This document shows, piece by piece, positions 36,056 to 61,063 of a stretch of 64,000 nucleotides of DNA (its first letter is position 1; the number at the start of each line of letters is the position of its first letter). The position numbers and the translations under genes are program-made. The notes beneath the pieces were generated by a model, which saw only the letters and a list, made by a program, of their open reading frames with translations, was not told the origin of the DNA and made no database searches. The stretch comes from Mytilus trossulus (Eukaryota): contig NC_086378.1 in assembly GCF_036588685.1 (NCBI RefSeq), forward strand, positions 85,994,001-86,058,000, in the 5' to 3' direction.

Positions 36056-37399
36056 CAAAAATAATTGCCATCTTCAGTGTTAAATGATTTAATTACAATT
36101 AAAAAAACTGTAACTGTTTAAATTGCATGCTATATTTTATGATTGAATAAAATCATCTGTTTGATATTTCCAGTCGTTAAATTTTGAGTACATTCCATTC
36201 AGTTTTAGTCTTTTAGGCATTTTGTAAAATGCCTTACAATATTTTCAGGCATTTTATAAAATGCCTGAAAAAAATAGTCAATTTGTAAAATGCCTAAATC
36301 ATGCATGCAGGCATTTTAGAAAATGCCTAAAAATTTCAGGCATTTTACAAAATGCCTAAATTTAGAAATTGCCTGTAACATATATAGATTCACTGCATGT
36401 ATACCGCTATTTTGGATTGTATATATAATAGCAACTTACATAATCTGTCTAGGCCTTTGCCTATGTCTGCATATTTTTAGACAGATTTGCAATTAATGTG
36501 TAAGACTATTTGATTTTATAAAGAAAAATACGTGATTTTTTTGGCATTATCAAAAATGATTGAACAAATAGTAAATATTTGTGTTTTTAGAATCAATTTT
36601 AAGATTTAACCATTTCAAGTAAGAGAACTCTTTATATAAAAAGTAAAAGTTTTTTGCTGGAATGATAGTGAAATTTTCATGTTTTACATCTGGCAATAAA
36701 ACAAGCTCGGTGACACTCGGACATCCTCCTTCGCCACGAAATATCCTACAAGCATCAAAAGTTGCGTTAAGCACCATTCAATCAATTAATCTTATTCTTG
36801 AAGTGATTTGAAGACTTTATTTCATGAAGGATCATGAAGCAATGGTACGAAATAAACTTTAGAGTGGGAGATGGCCATATCTTATTTTTCACTATCTCCC
36901 TCGTGAATATATAATTCTATAATGGTGCTAAAACGCATGCACTACTTCCCTACTTAGAAAACTGCTGACTAAGATCAGACAGGAGACATCAATGTGTGTA
37001 ATGGATGGTGAATAGAAACACGAAAAACTGTAGTTTTAAAACATTAATATCGTGTAGACATGTTTTAACTACATATTTCTGATAAGCTAACACCGGGAGA
37101 CACCTGGCTATATTTTATCAAACCATATCATTTTTTTTATCTTTTAGATTATTTTAGAAATAAAAAAAAAATATATGAGTCGTCCTCAGTTGTAATATAA
37201 ACTCCTTTCCGTTCCTATTTTTTTACAGCTAATTTTCTAAAGCATGTAGAGCAAGACTTAAGTGAGCTGGCTTGTTTTGTTTTTATATTGTATAATCATT
37301 GGGATAACACCTAATTAAATTCAAATATAATATATATAGAGGTAAAACTATGCCTATATATATTGTTTAAAGATGTCAATCTTATTTACAAGGCTTGTA

Positions 37400-39050
37400 T
37401 AATAATAATACTTTATTCAGAAGCAATACAGCTTATAGAATATACAATTTTACAATATTTTTTGAATGCATCAGTGAAATATAAATACAACAATTATACA
37501 CAATACATGCATGGCGGAGAATGAGACAAAAATTCATATGATAAATAAATAATACAACTACATATTACGAATTTTTTCAATATTAAACAAAAATTTACCT
37601 AAATTATTAAGTTTTTTTACATTGTGAACTGATAACAACTGTATAAGTTTAAAAGTGGATGGATATTGCCAATAATATTTCTTAATGTATAGTTTTCTTA
37701 CATCACTATATCTATTACATTCTAGAATAACATGGTATTCATCTTCTACAATATTGTTAGTGCACATAGTACAAAATCTATTTTCTCTATCTACATTGTA
37801 ATATCTGCCTGTTTCTATATTGAGGCTATGTGCGGAGATACGATATTTACATATAAAAGGTTTATATATTTGATTAACAGGTCTATCTAAATAAAACTGC
37901 AGTATATTATCTGTGTCATATATATATCTATAAAGTATACATTTTGATGAATTATTAAAAAAAGAATTAGCATCAGCAATAAAGGTATCTTTCATTCTTT
38001 GTTTTAGCTCATGTATGAATATATCAACATTATTTACACTTTGTTTTAGCCATACATCATGAAAACCATAACTACATAATATATCTTTGACTGAACAAGC
38101 CCAATTCGATTTGTCATTGGGTTTTTTAAATGAACTCTCCAACATATCTTCATAACATGCTTTAAGTATACAGTTATCAGTATTTAATAATTTGAACCAA
38201 AATTGAATCAGTCTTCTTTGTCTTTCATAATACATTGGATAACCTCACAATTCACAGTAAACCATGTTATTAACAGCAGTTTTTCTAACCTTTAGAATTC
38301 GTTTTAAAAAACATAAATGTACTTTCTCTATCACCAGCTTTATGATTACCCCACACTTCACAGCTATAATTAAGTATACTAGATACATATGTATCAAATA
38401 AGGACAGTAATGTTTCACAGTTATAATATTCATCTACAATTTTACTACATAATGCAAAAACAGCTTTTCTTCCTTGATTTGCTAACATTTTTTGAGTATG
38501 TAAAAAACTGCCATTATAATTAAAAAGAATACCCAAATATACAAAACTGTCACATATATCTATTTGGTTGTTATTCAAAAACCATTTTTACACTACCTCT
38601 ATTTCTAAACACTACAACTTTAGTTTTAGACATATTAATGTATAAATCATATTCCTCTGCCGAAGAATTTACAGTATTTATCATACTTTGCAGATCATCT
38701 ATGTTCTCACTGAATAAAACAGTGTCGTCTGCGTACATAAGTAAAAATAAATTTAAGGATTTCAATTCATATGACTGACAGCCATTACTGATTAGGTCTA
38801 CTTCCATATCATTGACATACAACGAGTATAATAAAGGGGATAAAGATTCCCCTTGCATCAAGCCAGTATTACAATTAAAAAAATCTGAAATTTTTCCATT
38901 ACACTTTATACAAGTTTTCAATTTAGAATACATAGATTTAATTACAGTAAGAAGTTTACCAGTAACGCCACATCTAACTAATCTCAACCACAATTTTACA
39001 TGAAAAACACTATCAAAGGCTTTAATATAATCAATGAAACAACAATATGT
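37400..39050 (-). mobile_element. 5'-truncated, frameshifted LINE (CR1/L2-group RT)
   Basis: FIDYIKAFDSV, GLMQGESLSPLLYSLYVND, LMYADDTVLFS, INMSKTKVVVF, YLG, YSCEVWG, C-terminal IETGRY..CTMC..EDEYH...C across four ORF fragments. The 3' end is AATAAA + (TAT)n at ~37400-37417. Confidence 0.9.
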
Positions 39051-41159
39051 ATAAACAATTATACAAGCAAAGCAAACAAGCCAACCAAAGTTTTGCTTTA
39101 CATGCATTAGGAAATTAGCTGTAATGTTTCTACATGGGAGCTTGAATTGTTGCTTGGCTATAACTATAGGGTTATTTTTCAGAGACGAAAATGAGTTACA
39201 TTTGTTTAGAAATTGGCGGCGTTTTTTAATACCGTTATATATATCACACCGAACAGCAAGTTGAAAAGGGATCCGAAAAGATGCATGTATGTGGTTATTA
39301 AAACAAATTTTGATAATATAAATCGCAGTTGAAATATTCGTTGACATGCATGATGTGAAAATCATCCCGATAAAAAATAGAACTGAAATAACCTACGTTC
39401 CTGATGCCGGCCATTTATAGAAATATAGTGTGACGGCGAAATTCATCTCTGACAGAGTGTGTTCTGAGATACTTAAGAATTGCTCAGATAAAAATATAAG
39501 TAAAATGTATACAATACGTATTGAGGTACTAAAGTGTCTTCTAATCAAAGCTGTCAAATTCACGTTCGCGGATTTCACCAAAATTCAATTTTAAAACATA
39601 CTAACGGTCTCGTTAATGTTAGCAATAGAACATGTAAATATATCAGTTAGTATTTGTTAGTTCATTTTACAAAACATTATATCGCTGCTGTTACTATGAA
39701 ATAATCATGACCACATTTTCATTATACTGAATAACCACAAATAGTTTGCCTTATTTTAGAAATGTAAAATACGCGGCGGCAAACGGTTCACGGCGGTGAC
39801 ACATTTTGTTTATCTCTTAAACTTTGAATTAAATCTCAGTTTTGCAATTGTATCTGAAACTTCTATAACTGTGTTAAATAAAGTAGTCTGAGATTGTATA
39901 CTGGACATGTAACAATAAAAAACGGTTCATATTCAAGTTGTTTGAAATCAGATTATAATTTACCACCGACTTTTTATCTGCTCTACGCTGCAGACGCAAC
40001 ACCAATCAAATACAATACATGATGTTCAGATTTATTGACAGCATTACAAAGACATAAAGATATAGGACATCTAGATCTCAAAATAATACCGGCTTCATAC
40101 AGGATAGTGGTATACATTAATCAGTAGTACCAACTGAAGATATAAATAGTGGTGCATTTGTACACTGGAGTCATACCATGATAGAGAGGAGTGTCGAGGA
40201 TTCAATTAGTGTTATTAGTCACTGCGTGTCACGTTTGTCTTTCGATTTTGTTCGTATTTACACTTGTTATAGTATTAGTTATGATTCTATTATCTTCAGG
40301 GATTATAGTTGGAAAAAGTTCGGTTATTTATTTTTTTAATTTTTTCTCTCTCTGTAAATATGCCTTAATCGGGCTTAATATGGCAATATCCCGGGATCTA
40401 AGGCAGCAATCATTTGATTTTTTTTTTAAGGGGGGGGGGGCTTTTTTTTACTTTCAATTTTAGTATTACATATAGTGGCAACTGAGAGTGAAACAAACAT
40501 TTTTTTTCTCAGGGCCAAAAACCAATTATTTTTCAGTTCTCCAAAAACTCCATATTTCATTTTTATTGAAAAAATATTCACGAAAGTTAAATAATCTAGT
40601 ATACTCCCACCTATTGTAACACTGGCTTTTCACTGATTTAAAATGCGTTAAAACTGAAATGACTGTATTGTAATCTTTTGTGAATTTTGCGGGAGACAAC
40701 TCGTACTTTACACGAGGCGCTGAGCCTCGTTTCTGCTATTTCTTGGGTGATGGTAGCCATTTTGTAGAAAGAATGACTCGACCTGTCACTGATTTCGGAC
40801 GATTTTCACACTACAGTTAAAACCAAATGAAAAAATAGATAGTGTAACTTAAAGATCATACATTTATCAACACATATAAGTCCACTCTTATGATTGTGAC
40901 CGTCATATAATTGTAATATTTTACCCCGTAATAAGGTGTGGTATGGACTTGAGTGTGCACGGTGTGGATTATCGTAGGAAAAGCGCCAAAAAGTGATCCT
41001 GTAACGGAAATATTTTTGGTGCTTGTTATTTACCATCTTATTTATCAATGTTATAAGTAACTTGGATACAAAATTTATCACACTTTGAGTCATCTGTGTA
41101 GAATATTTTCGTCTAAAGGGTTTTCGAGTTCGGTTCGCAGACTGACCACAAAGAAAAAA

Positions 41160-52709
<11,550 letters not shown>

Positions 52710-53459
52710 TGCTATATATGTCTGCTTGGGCTTGATACGTGTCTATTGTGATAACTAAAACTTTGCCATCAGCTACAGGGAACGCCTGGTGATGATGACG
52801 AATATTTATTAGTGAGCTGGTGTTGTGTCGACTTAATGCAAATTGTGATGACCTGAACAAATCAACAGGGCAATAGCAATACAAAGATAAACATGTCATT
52901 TGTTCACCTGTTATCATTCATATTATAGGGTAACGATACTCGCCCAGCGGCAAAACTGTTTCTTCTCAAATATATTAGTCATGTTTCTGACAGCTAAATA
53001 AGACATTTTAATTGTTTTATTGAATAAAGAACTATTTTTTTGCCAAAAAAGATTGAAAGAAAAGATGTCAACTTTCTTACTTTTTATCATTAATCATAAG
53101 TAGTGGTTTGAAAAATGGGGTTAAATCATTTAAGATATAGATTATTTTGTTTTTTTACTTTTTCACATAATACATGATATTAAATGAATGGAAAGATAAT
53201 ATTGTCTCTTGAACAGCATTGTTTATGTCAATTAGTTTGTTCATTTATGATGTATGTTTTGTTTGATGATTTTATAATTTATGTCTTGACAAGTGCTAAA
53301 ATTGAACCTGATATTTTCTGTTTTTATTTGAAGTAAAAGAAACTTATTAAGATTAAATATATTCCCAAGCATAATTGAAAAGAGGTGTAGCAAAATACTG
53401 ATATGGGCTGTATAATGTTTAATAAATAAATAGTAGGTAGGGAAAATGTAATAAATACT

Positions 53460-53473
53460 GTTGCCATAGAAAC
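53460..53473. promoter_or_regulatory. Candidate RFX X-box
   Basis: GTTGCCATAGAAAC, close to the palindromic X-box GTTGCCATGGCAAC; motif match only. Confidence 0.35.
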
Positions 53474-56400
53474 AAATATTGGTGCAAAGCTTTATACACA
53501 ACTGTCTAACAGGTGCTATCTTGTGAGCATCTGGGAAAGGTTTGATTTACAGAGCTGTTGAGAAAAGTGAGAGGCAATGTGTCCAGTAAGATGTATGCAT
53601 TGGCAGCTTCTTCTAGGTTCTTACTAGACTTGATATTTCACTGTTAAAAACAGTACACCTGTTGTTAGACATAAGGCTGGGCCATCAATTGCTTGACCTT
53701 TGAAAATTCTACACATGTTTAACATCTGATTATATTTAGTCTAAAAGATATTTATTTTCATACCAATGTCTTTTTAAAACTGTTTTCTGGGAATGTTTGG
53801 TAAACATGTTAGATAAAAAATTTGATACATCATTTAATAATGAATTTGAATAACACCCTTTAAACTGAATGCAGATATCAAATATAAATTTTATATGGCG
53901 GTCAATATTGAATCCATATCAATTATAAAAAGAGATTGTTGAGATTTGATAAGGTTTTAGATATTGCCAAAGCCGTGTTATGTACACTTTAGTATGTACT
54001 TAAACAAGTTTAATGCTGCTGTGTTCATGTAATACAGAGTTTTGGTTTTGATCGACTACAACCATTACCGTTTTTGATATCATCTGACATGGACGGCTGA
54101 TACATAATGATAGCCATTGTATAACTTCACCAGAATGTACAACTAGGTATATTATAAAGCTTGGAAGACAGGAATGTTTTAGGTACAATGAATTTATGAA
54201 TGTAAAGGTATTATTACTAATTATGATTTTAATTGCTGTTATATAATATTGTAAAGCAGGTCTCATTGGAATTATAATGTCTTTCAGTTTACAATGTATA
54301 GTTTATCATCACTGTATCGTCTGACTCTCACAGATCTGTTTTCATATAAATATTCTCATCATGTTGTTTATGGCTGGTTAATATCTGCATCAGAAAAGAA
54401 CATTCACATTAGCATTCGACTGTACAAATTGAGTCTAATATATGCTGACTAAAAGTCACTTTTATGATAACGGGTCTCAGGAGAAATGCATAAATGTCTT
54501 CATACAATGAGGTTATTGAAAAATAAATGATTTAAATAATAAAAAAACAAATCATATTATAAATATAGCAAGAGAGACCAGCCTCCAGGGAAAAATCATA
54601 TGAAGGTGCATTTATTGATGAAGATTATCATTAACATTGCTGTTATGATGTATTTGTGACAGTTGAGTGAGACTCCAAAGATCCTTACAAAGAAAGTTTG
54701 ATTAGCTCTAAGCTGGCATCACATAAATGTTCAACATTGTTCTTAAAGTGTTTAATTAAAGATAATAACAAACATCAGTCATACTGTGTATGCTAAGATA
54801 CACTTATGGTGCTGTCATTGTCCGAAGCACAACCTTTTGGTATAGATCTGAAATCTTTTTTGGCAATTATTTAAAATCAACACATCAGTGTATGTGTCAG
54901 TCAAAGGACCTTGAATGGATAATCTCAATGACTCAAATTCTCCTTCACAAATATTGTGCTTGGAGAAAACAGCTTTAACAATATATTCTATATAAAATTA
55001 TGTATTTACATCATGGTGAACAATTATATTGTCAGTATTAGAATATCCTGTGAAAAAGTACTTCAAATAAGGTTATTGTCTCTTTTAATTCAGTGGTGAC
55101 AAGTTGTTAATTTTTTGAATGATTGCTCTGTTTTTTCATAATTTACTGTTTTGTTAATTATTTCCATCTTACCTAATTTAATTTTTTCACATGTTGCCCC
55201 AGAAATGAGAGTTGTCCTTTTATTTTTTATTGTCATGTGGAAAAAGGGATTCAGTTTATTTCTTGTTGTAGACAAATTTTTCTTTTGATATTTCACTTGT
55301 GTTATTAGTTTCTTTTGTCTTGTTTACATGAAATTTCATTTGTATAAAACATTAAACCATGTGTATTTACAATTAATTTGAAATTGCTTTTGATCAAATA
55401 TGTCTAGAAAAAAGACAGTTCAGTTAAGTAAGTTTAAATGTGATATGTTTTTTGTATTGTTCATTTGTGAAATGAATATGAAATGAATTTGTCTACAACA
55501 ACAGAATGTTTATTTCAATCTGAAGTTGTCTCCCATGTAGATATTGCAAGGGAGATAATTATGAATATTTTCTCCCTTTCTTTATAAAAGTTTAAATTTG
55601 AGATGACTGGTTGAAGATTTATAATTTGATTCTGGTGCGTGTCATATCATAGAATACTTTTATATGTAAAGGTAGATGAACTAGCTGTGGTTCATGTCTA
55701 CCTATTGCCAAGTCAAATATGAAACATTTAATAAAGTTCACTCTTGTTTTTTATGGCCAAACTTTGAAGTTGATGAATAGTCCTAAAAATAATATGACTG
55801 TAATAAAAGGTACACAATAATGTTGAGAAATCAAATTAGAAAAACCATGAAAAAAGGTATGAATTTCTTGTAGTACTATTAAGCTGTGGAAACATTACAC
55901 ATGGTCATTATGAGTTGATGCAAACTTTTATTAGATGTGCCAACTAAGGATATTGCCAATTTGGCCCAGATTTAGTGATCATTGAGCATGGAAAGTATAA
56001 TTAGATGTGAAGTACTTGTCTAGGTATAGTGGGGTTTGTGAATACTAATGCATGTATTTAAATGCTTTCTTCTCACAAATTGAACGGTAGAGCACACGAT
56101 GTCTGAGTGGTAAAATTATCCTTCAACTTAAATGAGACATTTAAGTCCGACTAGTCTAAAACAATTTACAATGAGACATCAGCTGGTAAAATCTGCTAAG
56201 TGGATTGAAAAATGGGATCATTGGTTGTAGGAATTTGCGATACAACAGTTGCCTATTAGCAGCCTATCGACAGACTTTAGATAGATATAGGAAGATGTGG
56301 TGTGAGTGCCAATGAGACAACTCTCCATCCAAATAACAATTTAAAAAGTAAACCATTATAGACCATTGATATGAGTCTTCAACAAGCAATGTCCATGACA

Positions 56401-57639
56401 TTTCGAAACATGGGCTATAGAAGCAAAGGTAGATTCGATTTTTAGCAAAAACAAATTTTGCTGTTGTATAATGGTATCACGTCTGCATCGTCTGAAGACA
56501 CTCAGTTTCCAAACAATAACTTAAACTCTGAAATTTAAACACAAGGTTTAAAACCACAGATGGAAGGCTTGGATTAAAGGGGTTAAGGACCTAAAAAGGT
56601 GTCCAAATATTTTTCTAGTTTCCAGACAATAACTTGTGTGCAAGTGTATGAATCTTTCTGAAATTGTACCACAAAGGTTCCATACTAAATAAAGAAGGTA
56701 AGGATTTATTTTGGGGGCTTTGGTCCTAACTGTTGAGGAATTTAGGGCAAAAAAAACCAAACTTTTCTTATACCTTGAATTAATTGCATATCATGACCAA
56801 TTTCAATGGGGTTTTATTCTTAGAGGTTCTTTAATATGCTAAACCTAATCATGTTTTTAGATATTGGATCTTGATTGGTTTGTTTAAAAAAAAAAAGTTC
56901 TTGGACCACATTCATTATGACAGAAACCTATGCTGTGACAAATATTTAATCACAATCCAAATCCAAAGCTGTATCAAGCTTGAATGTTATGTCAATACTT
57001 GATCCAAGTGTTCAGGGTTCGACCTATGCGGTCGTATCAAGCTGCACCATGTGGAGCATTTTATGTCTGCAATAGTGCGGCAAAAACAGAACTGAGGTCA
57101 CATTGCAGATATACTAAACAACAGCAGTCAATTTCGAGAAAAAAGATAATTATAGTACATATATTCTTGAAGTATTAAAGATTTTAATTGAATAACGAGA
57201 CAAGTTTTTCCATGTAACAATTAAAAAGTTCATTGCAGCTAATGATTAACAAAAATATACAAAAAATAATGCGTTGCATGCACGCCAATAAAGACGAAAA
57301 TGATGTAGTAGCTAGCAACTTTGGGTCAATGTACAGCCTGCAACAATAAAAGAAAAACAACACTGCATGGCAAGAAATAAAAAAATGAAATGACAATCGT
57401 AAGGGAGCTAGGATGTTTTTGGAAACGAAAAGGTAGGACAGCAGGTTTGAGTGAGAAAAAAATACGCTGGATGACAAGTTATGTAAAAACAAGTCGAGAC
57501 AAAGATTTCACAACTTAAAAAGGCTGAATAAAAAAATCATAACACCCAAAAAAAATCAATTGTGGAATGGAAGGTGGTGAGTGGTGTTGCAAGGTATTTT
57601 TTTTTCTTTCTTTTATCATTTTTGAGGTAAAATAAATAA

Positions 57640-57908
57640 AAACAAGAATGTGTCCCAAGTACACGGATGCCCCGCTGGCACTATAATTTCCATGTTCCAT
57701 GGACCGTAAAATTGGGGTCAAAAGTCTAATTTGGCTTTAAAATTAGAAATATGTCATAAGCATCAAGTGTACTAAGTTTCAAGTTGATTGGACTTCAGCT
57801 TCATCAAAAACTACCTTGACCAAAAACTTATACCTGCGGACGAACGAACAAACGGAGCCACAGACCAGAAAACATAATGCCCCTCTACTATCGTAGGTGG
57901 GGCATAAA
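57640..57908 (-). mobile_element. DINE/Helentron-like short element, apparently complete
   Basis: AAAACAAGAATGTGTCC..GGATGCCCC ... ATGCCCCTCTACTATCGTAGGTGGGGCATAAAAA; terminal hairpin, GACGAACGAAC microsatellite and A-run flanks. Confidence 0.72.
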
Positions 57909-59139
57909 AATTAGGATTTTTAAACGTTCGATCACCTTTCGATGTGCCTAATTGACACCAACCTGACACAATGAACAACTTCGTGAACCCTAATTTGTTC
58001 TCAATCATAATGTCATAATTTGACACGACTCAATCTTTACAATGAAAATAAATGTTACAGCGTAGTCTCGCGTGAGTCTTGCATTTAAAGCAAAAAAATA
58101 TGCGATAATCTATGCCAGGATAGGAGAGATTTTGGAAAAGTTTTTATTTATTTTTAAATAAATGAAAAATATTTTTTTCATATTAGTTGTTGTGAAGTGC
58201 ATTTACAATCCTTTTAGAATTTTTTGTCTATATTTTGCATTGTACTAAACAAAAACCTACATCCTTTTGATTCTGTTCAAATTCGTGCAATTGAAAATCC
58301 CCGTGTATACTTGATATACATTTGGAAAAACATCCATCTTTGTGTAATAGAATAAAAGTTTTAGAGTAACACAATCACCCGAGTAAAAAAATGAAAATGA
58401 GAAAAAATACATGATGTCTGACTAGCTACACAGTGGCATGGGTGGATTACAGAACGAATGATACGTTAATGTTTTAAAATGCACTAGATGCGTATTTCGA
58501 CAAATAACGAACAAAATTATTAAAAAAAGATCGAAAGGGACCAAACAAGTATATCGCCAAAACCGACCAAGGAATCAGAGCTTTGCATGAGGGAGAATTA
58601 TTCCTTTATAGTTTCCCAAATTCATGACCGTAAATATTATTTAAGCAATATCAGTATTTTTCAGCAAGTACCAAAGTAATGGGCCACTAAGCTGGTGATA
58701 TCTCGGCGAACACGGCAAACATACATGAAATATTTGCAACTGGACATTAAGCAAACAACAATCATACAATCTGAATTGTCGCATAACCGTGACATGCTAA
58801 TCATCCAGGTTCTCTGTAAATGTATGCGTGCCTATAATTCTTTCATCCACTTCATTTCAACTTTGGTGGATAGTTGTATCATTGGCGATCATACCACATC
58901 TCCATATTTTCATAAAAATGGTCAACCCTATTAATATTGGATTGGTTGTGATTAGTACGTGCTCATATTATGGACAAAGAGTCTTCTCCTTATGTATATA
59001 GATGCTTAAATCGCTGGATATTGTACCAAAAAGTTACTGTTTGCTAATTAAAGTCCTATGTTAGATTATTTTGAGATGCTTAAATAAAACCCGAGACTTA
59101 TATACATCTGCATACATTTCTATGTTTGAAAAAGATGGA

Positions 59140-59805
59140 ATAAGGCCGGGTTCGCGGAACCCAGTTTCTCGCCTACTAGTTATTGCTGTAAATCGCAGGC
59201 TCAACGAAAATGAGGAAAAAAATCAATAAAAATATTTCTCTTGATACTATCTTTTGATCGTAAGGAGCATCTGCCAAAGTTTGGTAAATATCCAGATTAG
59301 TTTATAAATCTAATAAATGTTTTAAAAACTTTAACTGCAGACTGTATATCATGTTAACTGGAAGAAAAGTCCATTTATTAGTAAAATATAGATACACAGA
59401 AACAAAATTTTAACAAAATTTCCTTCTAGATTCTAATAAGTCAAGTTTTGTCCAAGTTTGGTACAAATTCAAAAATATTAAGAAAAATGTTAAAATTTTA
59501 AAAACTTTAATCACAGAATGAATGTAATGTTTCCCCAGAGAGAAAAACGAAGTCCATTTATGATGTAAAATAAGGAAAAAATGGAATTTTATTTTTACAA
59601 AATTTACTCTTGGATTCTATTTAATGATCATAAACAAGCCTTTTATCCAAGGTTGGTAGAAATCCAGTATAGTGTAAGAAAGTGATTAAAACTTAAAAAA
59701 TCTTTAACCACAGAGTGAATATTTGTGGACGCCGCCGCCACCGACGGAATGTAGGATCGATAATTGTCTCGTTTTTTTTCGACTAAAAGTCGAAGGACGA
59801 CAAAA
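59140..59805 (-). mobile_element. Helentron-like element, inverted copy of 18176-18915
   Basis: Reverse-complement match from CGCGGAACCCAG..CTCGCCTAC to CGGAATGTAGGATCG..TCGACTAAAAGTCGAAGG. Confidence 0.8.
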
Positions 59806-60881
59806 AGGAACATTATAAAAGAAAAATGAACTTCATCCTCAACATCATCAGAATAACATCTGTCGCATATTATTACTTCATAAAGCACATTTGGATTTAT
59901 ATATCGCCAAGTTTCTTCTTTGTGACTTGCGATTACTTATTCTGATTTTTGAATATTGTACACAAGATATTTATTTTTACGTTAAAATACGTTGCTATTG
60001 GATATTACAAACTGCATCAATATGTGATGAGCTTTCTCAATCCGCTACTTTTTAAATTTATTGTAATAAAAGTTGGCAAGGCTTGCGTATTCTTCTGATC
60101 TTTTAATTCAAATACACGGTAATTTGATTATTGCAATTATATTTCTTTAACGGTCCCAGTGCCACGAAGTCATTATACATATCAATAGTAGTCCATTGGT
60201 TGATGTTGGTAAGGATTTAATGTATACTTTACAATTGATATATATCAGTTTCTTTTATTAATCAGACCCCCTCCCCCCAATAAAAAAACAAACGGCATAT
60301 TCTACACTAGGCATTATATAGACGGATGGCGAGTACTAACCTTACTCCAAGGTGTTTACTCTGGTTCGCCATTATTTTCTATCAATGGACCACTAAACAT
60401 TTTACAGCACTCAATCTTCTACATTTTTTTTATGTTAAAAAGGTAATTTAAAAGTTAAAAAATACGGGGAAAATAAATCATTTTTTTTTAGTAAACAGTA
60501 TACTTTGACATGAAATTATTTGGTCAAACACCTATTTTATTTACCTGTTGTAAATATCAAGACCATTTTTTTTTAAATCTGATTCCACAAATTACTTTAG
60601 TTGTTGATATTCACAAAAACAAAAATACAAATGAGTGTAAAACAACGAATGATCAATGTAAATAAAACCACGTGTGTCGTCTACTCGCTACAACAGAAGT
60701 ACTAAGCGTGCCACTACATATATCACTACTCCAAATCCATATATTGAAATATCTTTTTAATTAAGGCATGACATCGGTTGAAACTTTCTGGTAATATTTA
60801 AACTGCATTATTTATACAAATAAATTAAAAGAATATTAATAATATATGTGTTTATACTAATTTTCAATATAGTTCCCTAGC

Positions 60882-60896
60882 GTCACACGTAGCAAC
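60882..60896. promoter_or_regulatory. Candidate RFX X-box upstream of CFAP20
   Basis: GTCACACGTAGCAAC fits GTNRCC-N0-3-RGYAAC with one mismatch, ~170 bp before the ATG of a ciliary gene. Confidence 0.4.
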
Positions 60897-61063
60897 TAAA
60901 ACCAAGCGCGACCGTATCGCCACCCTTGACAACTTCTCTAACTTAACCGACACACAACTGAACCTTCACTTGACAACTGTCCACCACGAGAGAAGGAGCG
61001 TATTAGTGTGCTGTCCAGGAGGACTAAGAACTTAGAATTTTTTCACTATTATAGACAATAACA

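Larger units (their letters stand above)
33772..36380 (+). mobile_element. Decayed Ginger2/TDD-type (KRBA2-like integrase) DNA transposon
   Basis: TIRs TGTTACAGGCA(T/A)TTTCTAAATTTAGGCATTTTGTAAAATG at both ends; subterminal GGCATTTTGTAAAATGCC repeats; internal coding remnant. Confidence 0.8.

Noticed and set aside
39050-39365. N-terminal ~100 aa of the 264-aa LINE ORF
   Set aside because: No RT or endonuclease resemblance before YCCFIDY; likely flanking DNA beyond the 5' truncation.
52710-61000. Additional gene between CK2alpha and CFAP20
   Set aside because: Only short low-complexity or TE-derived ORFs and no exon chain found. A small or non-coding gene cannot be excluded without RNA data.
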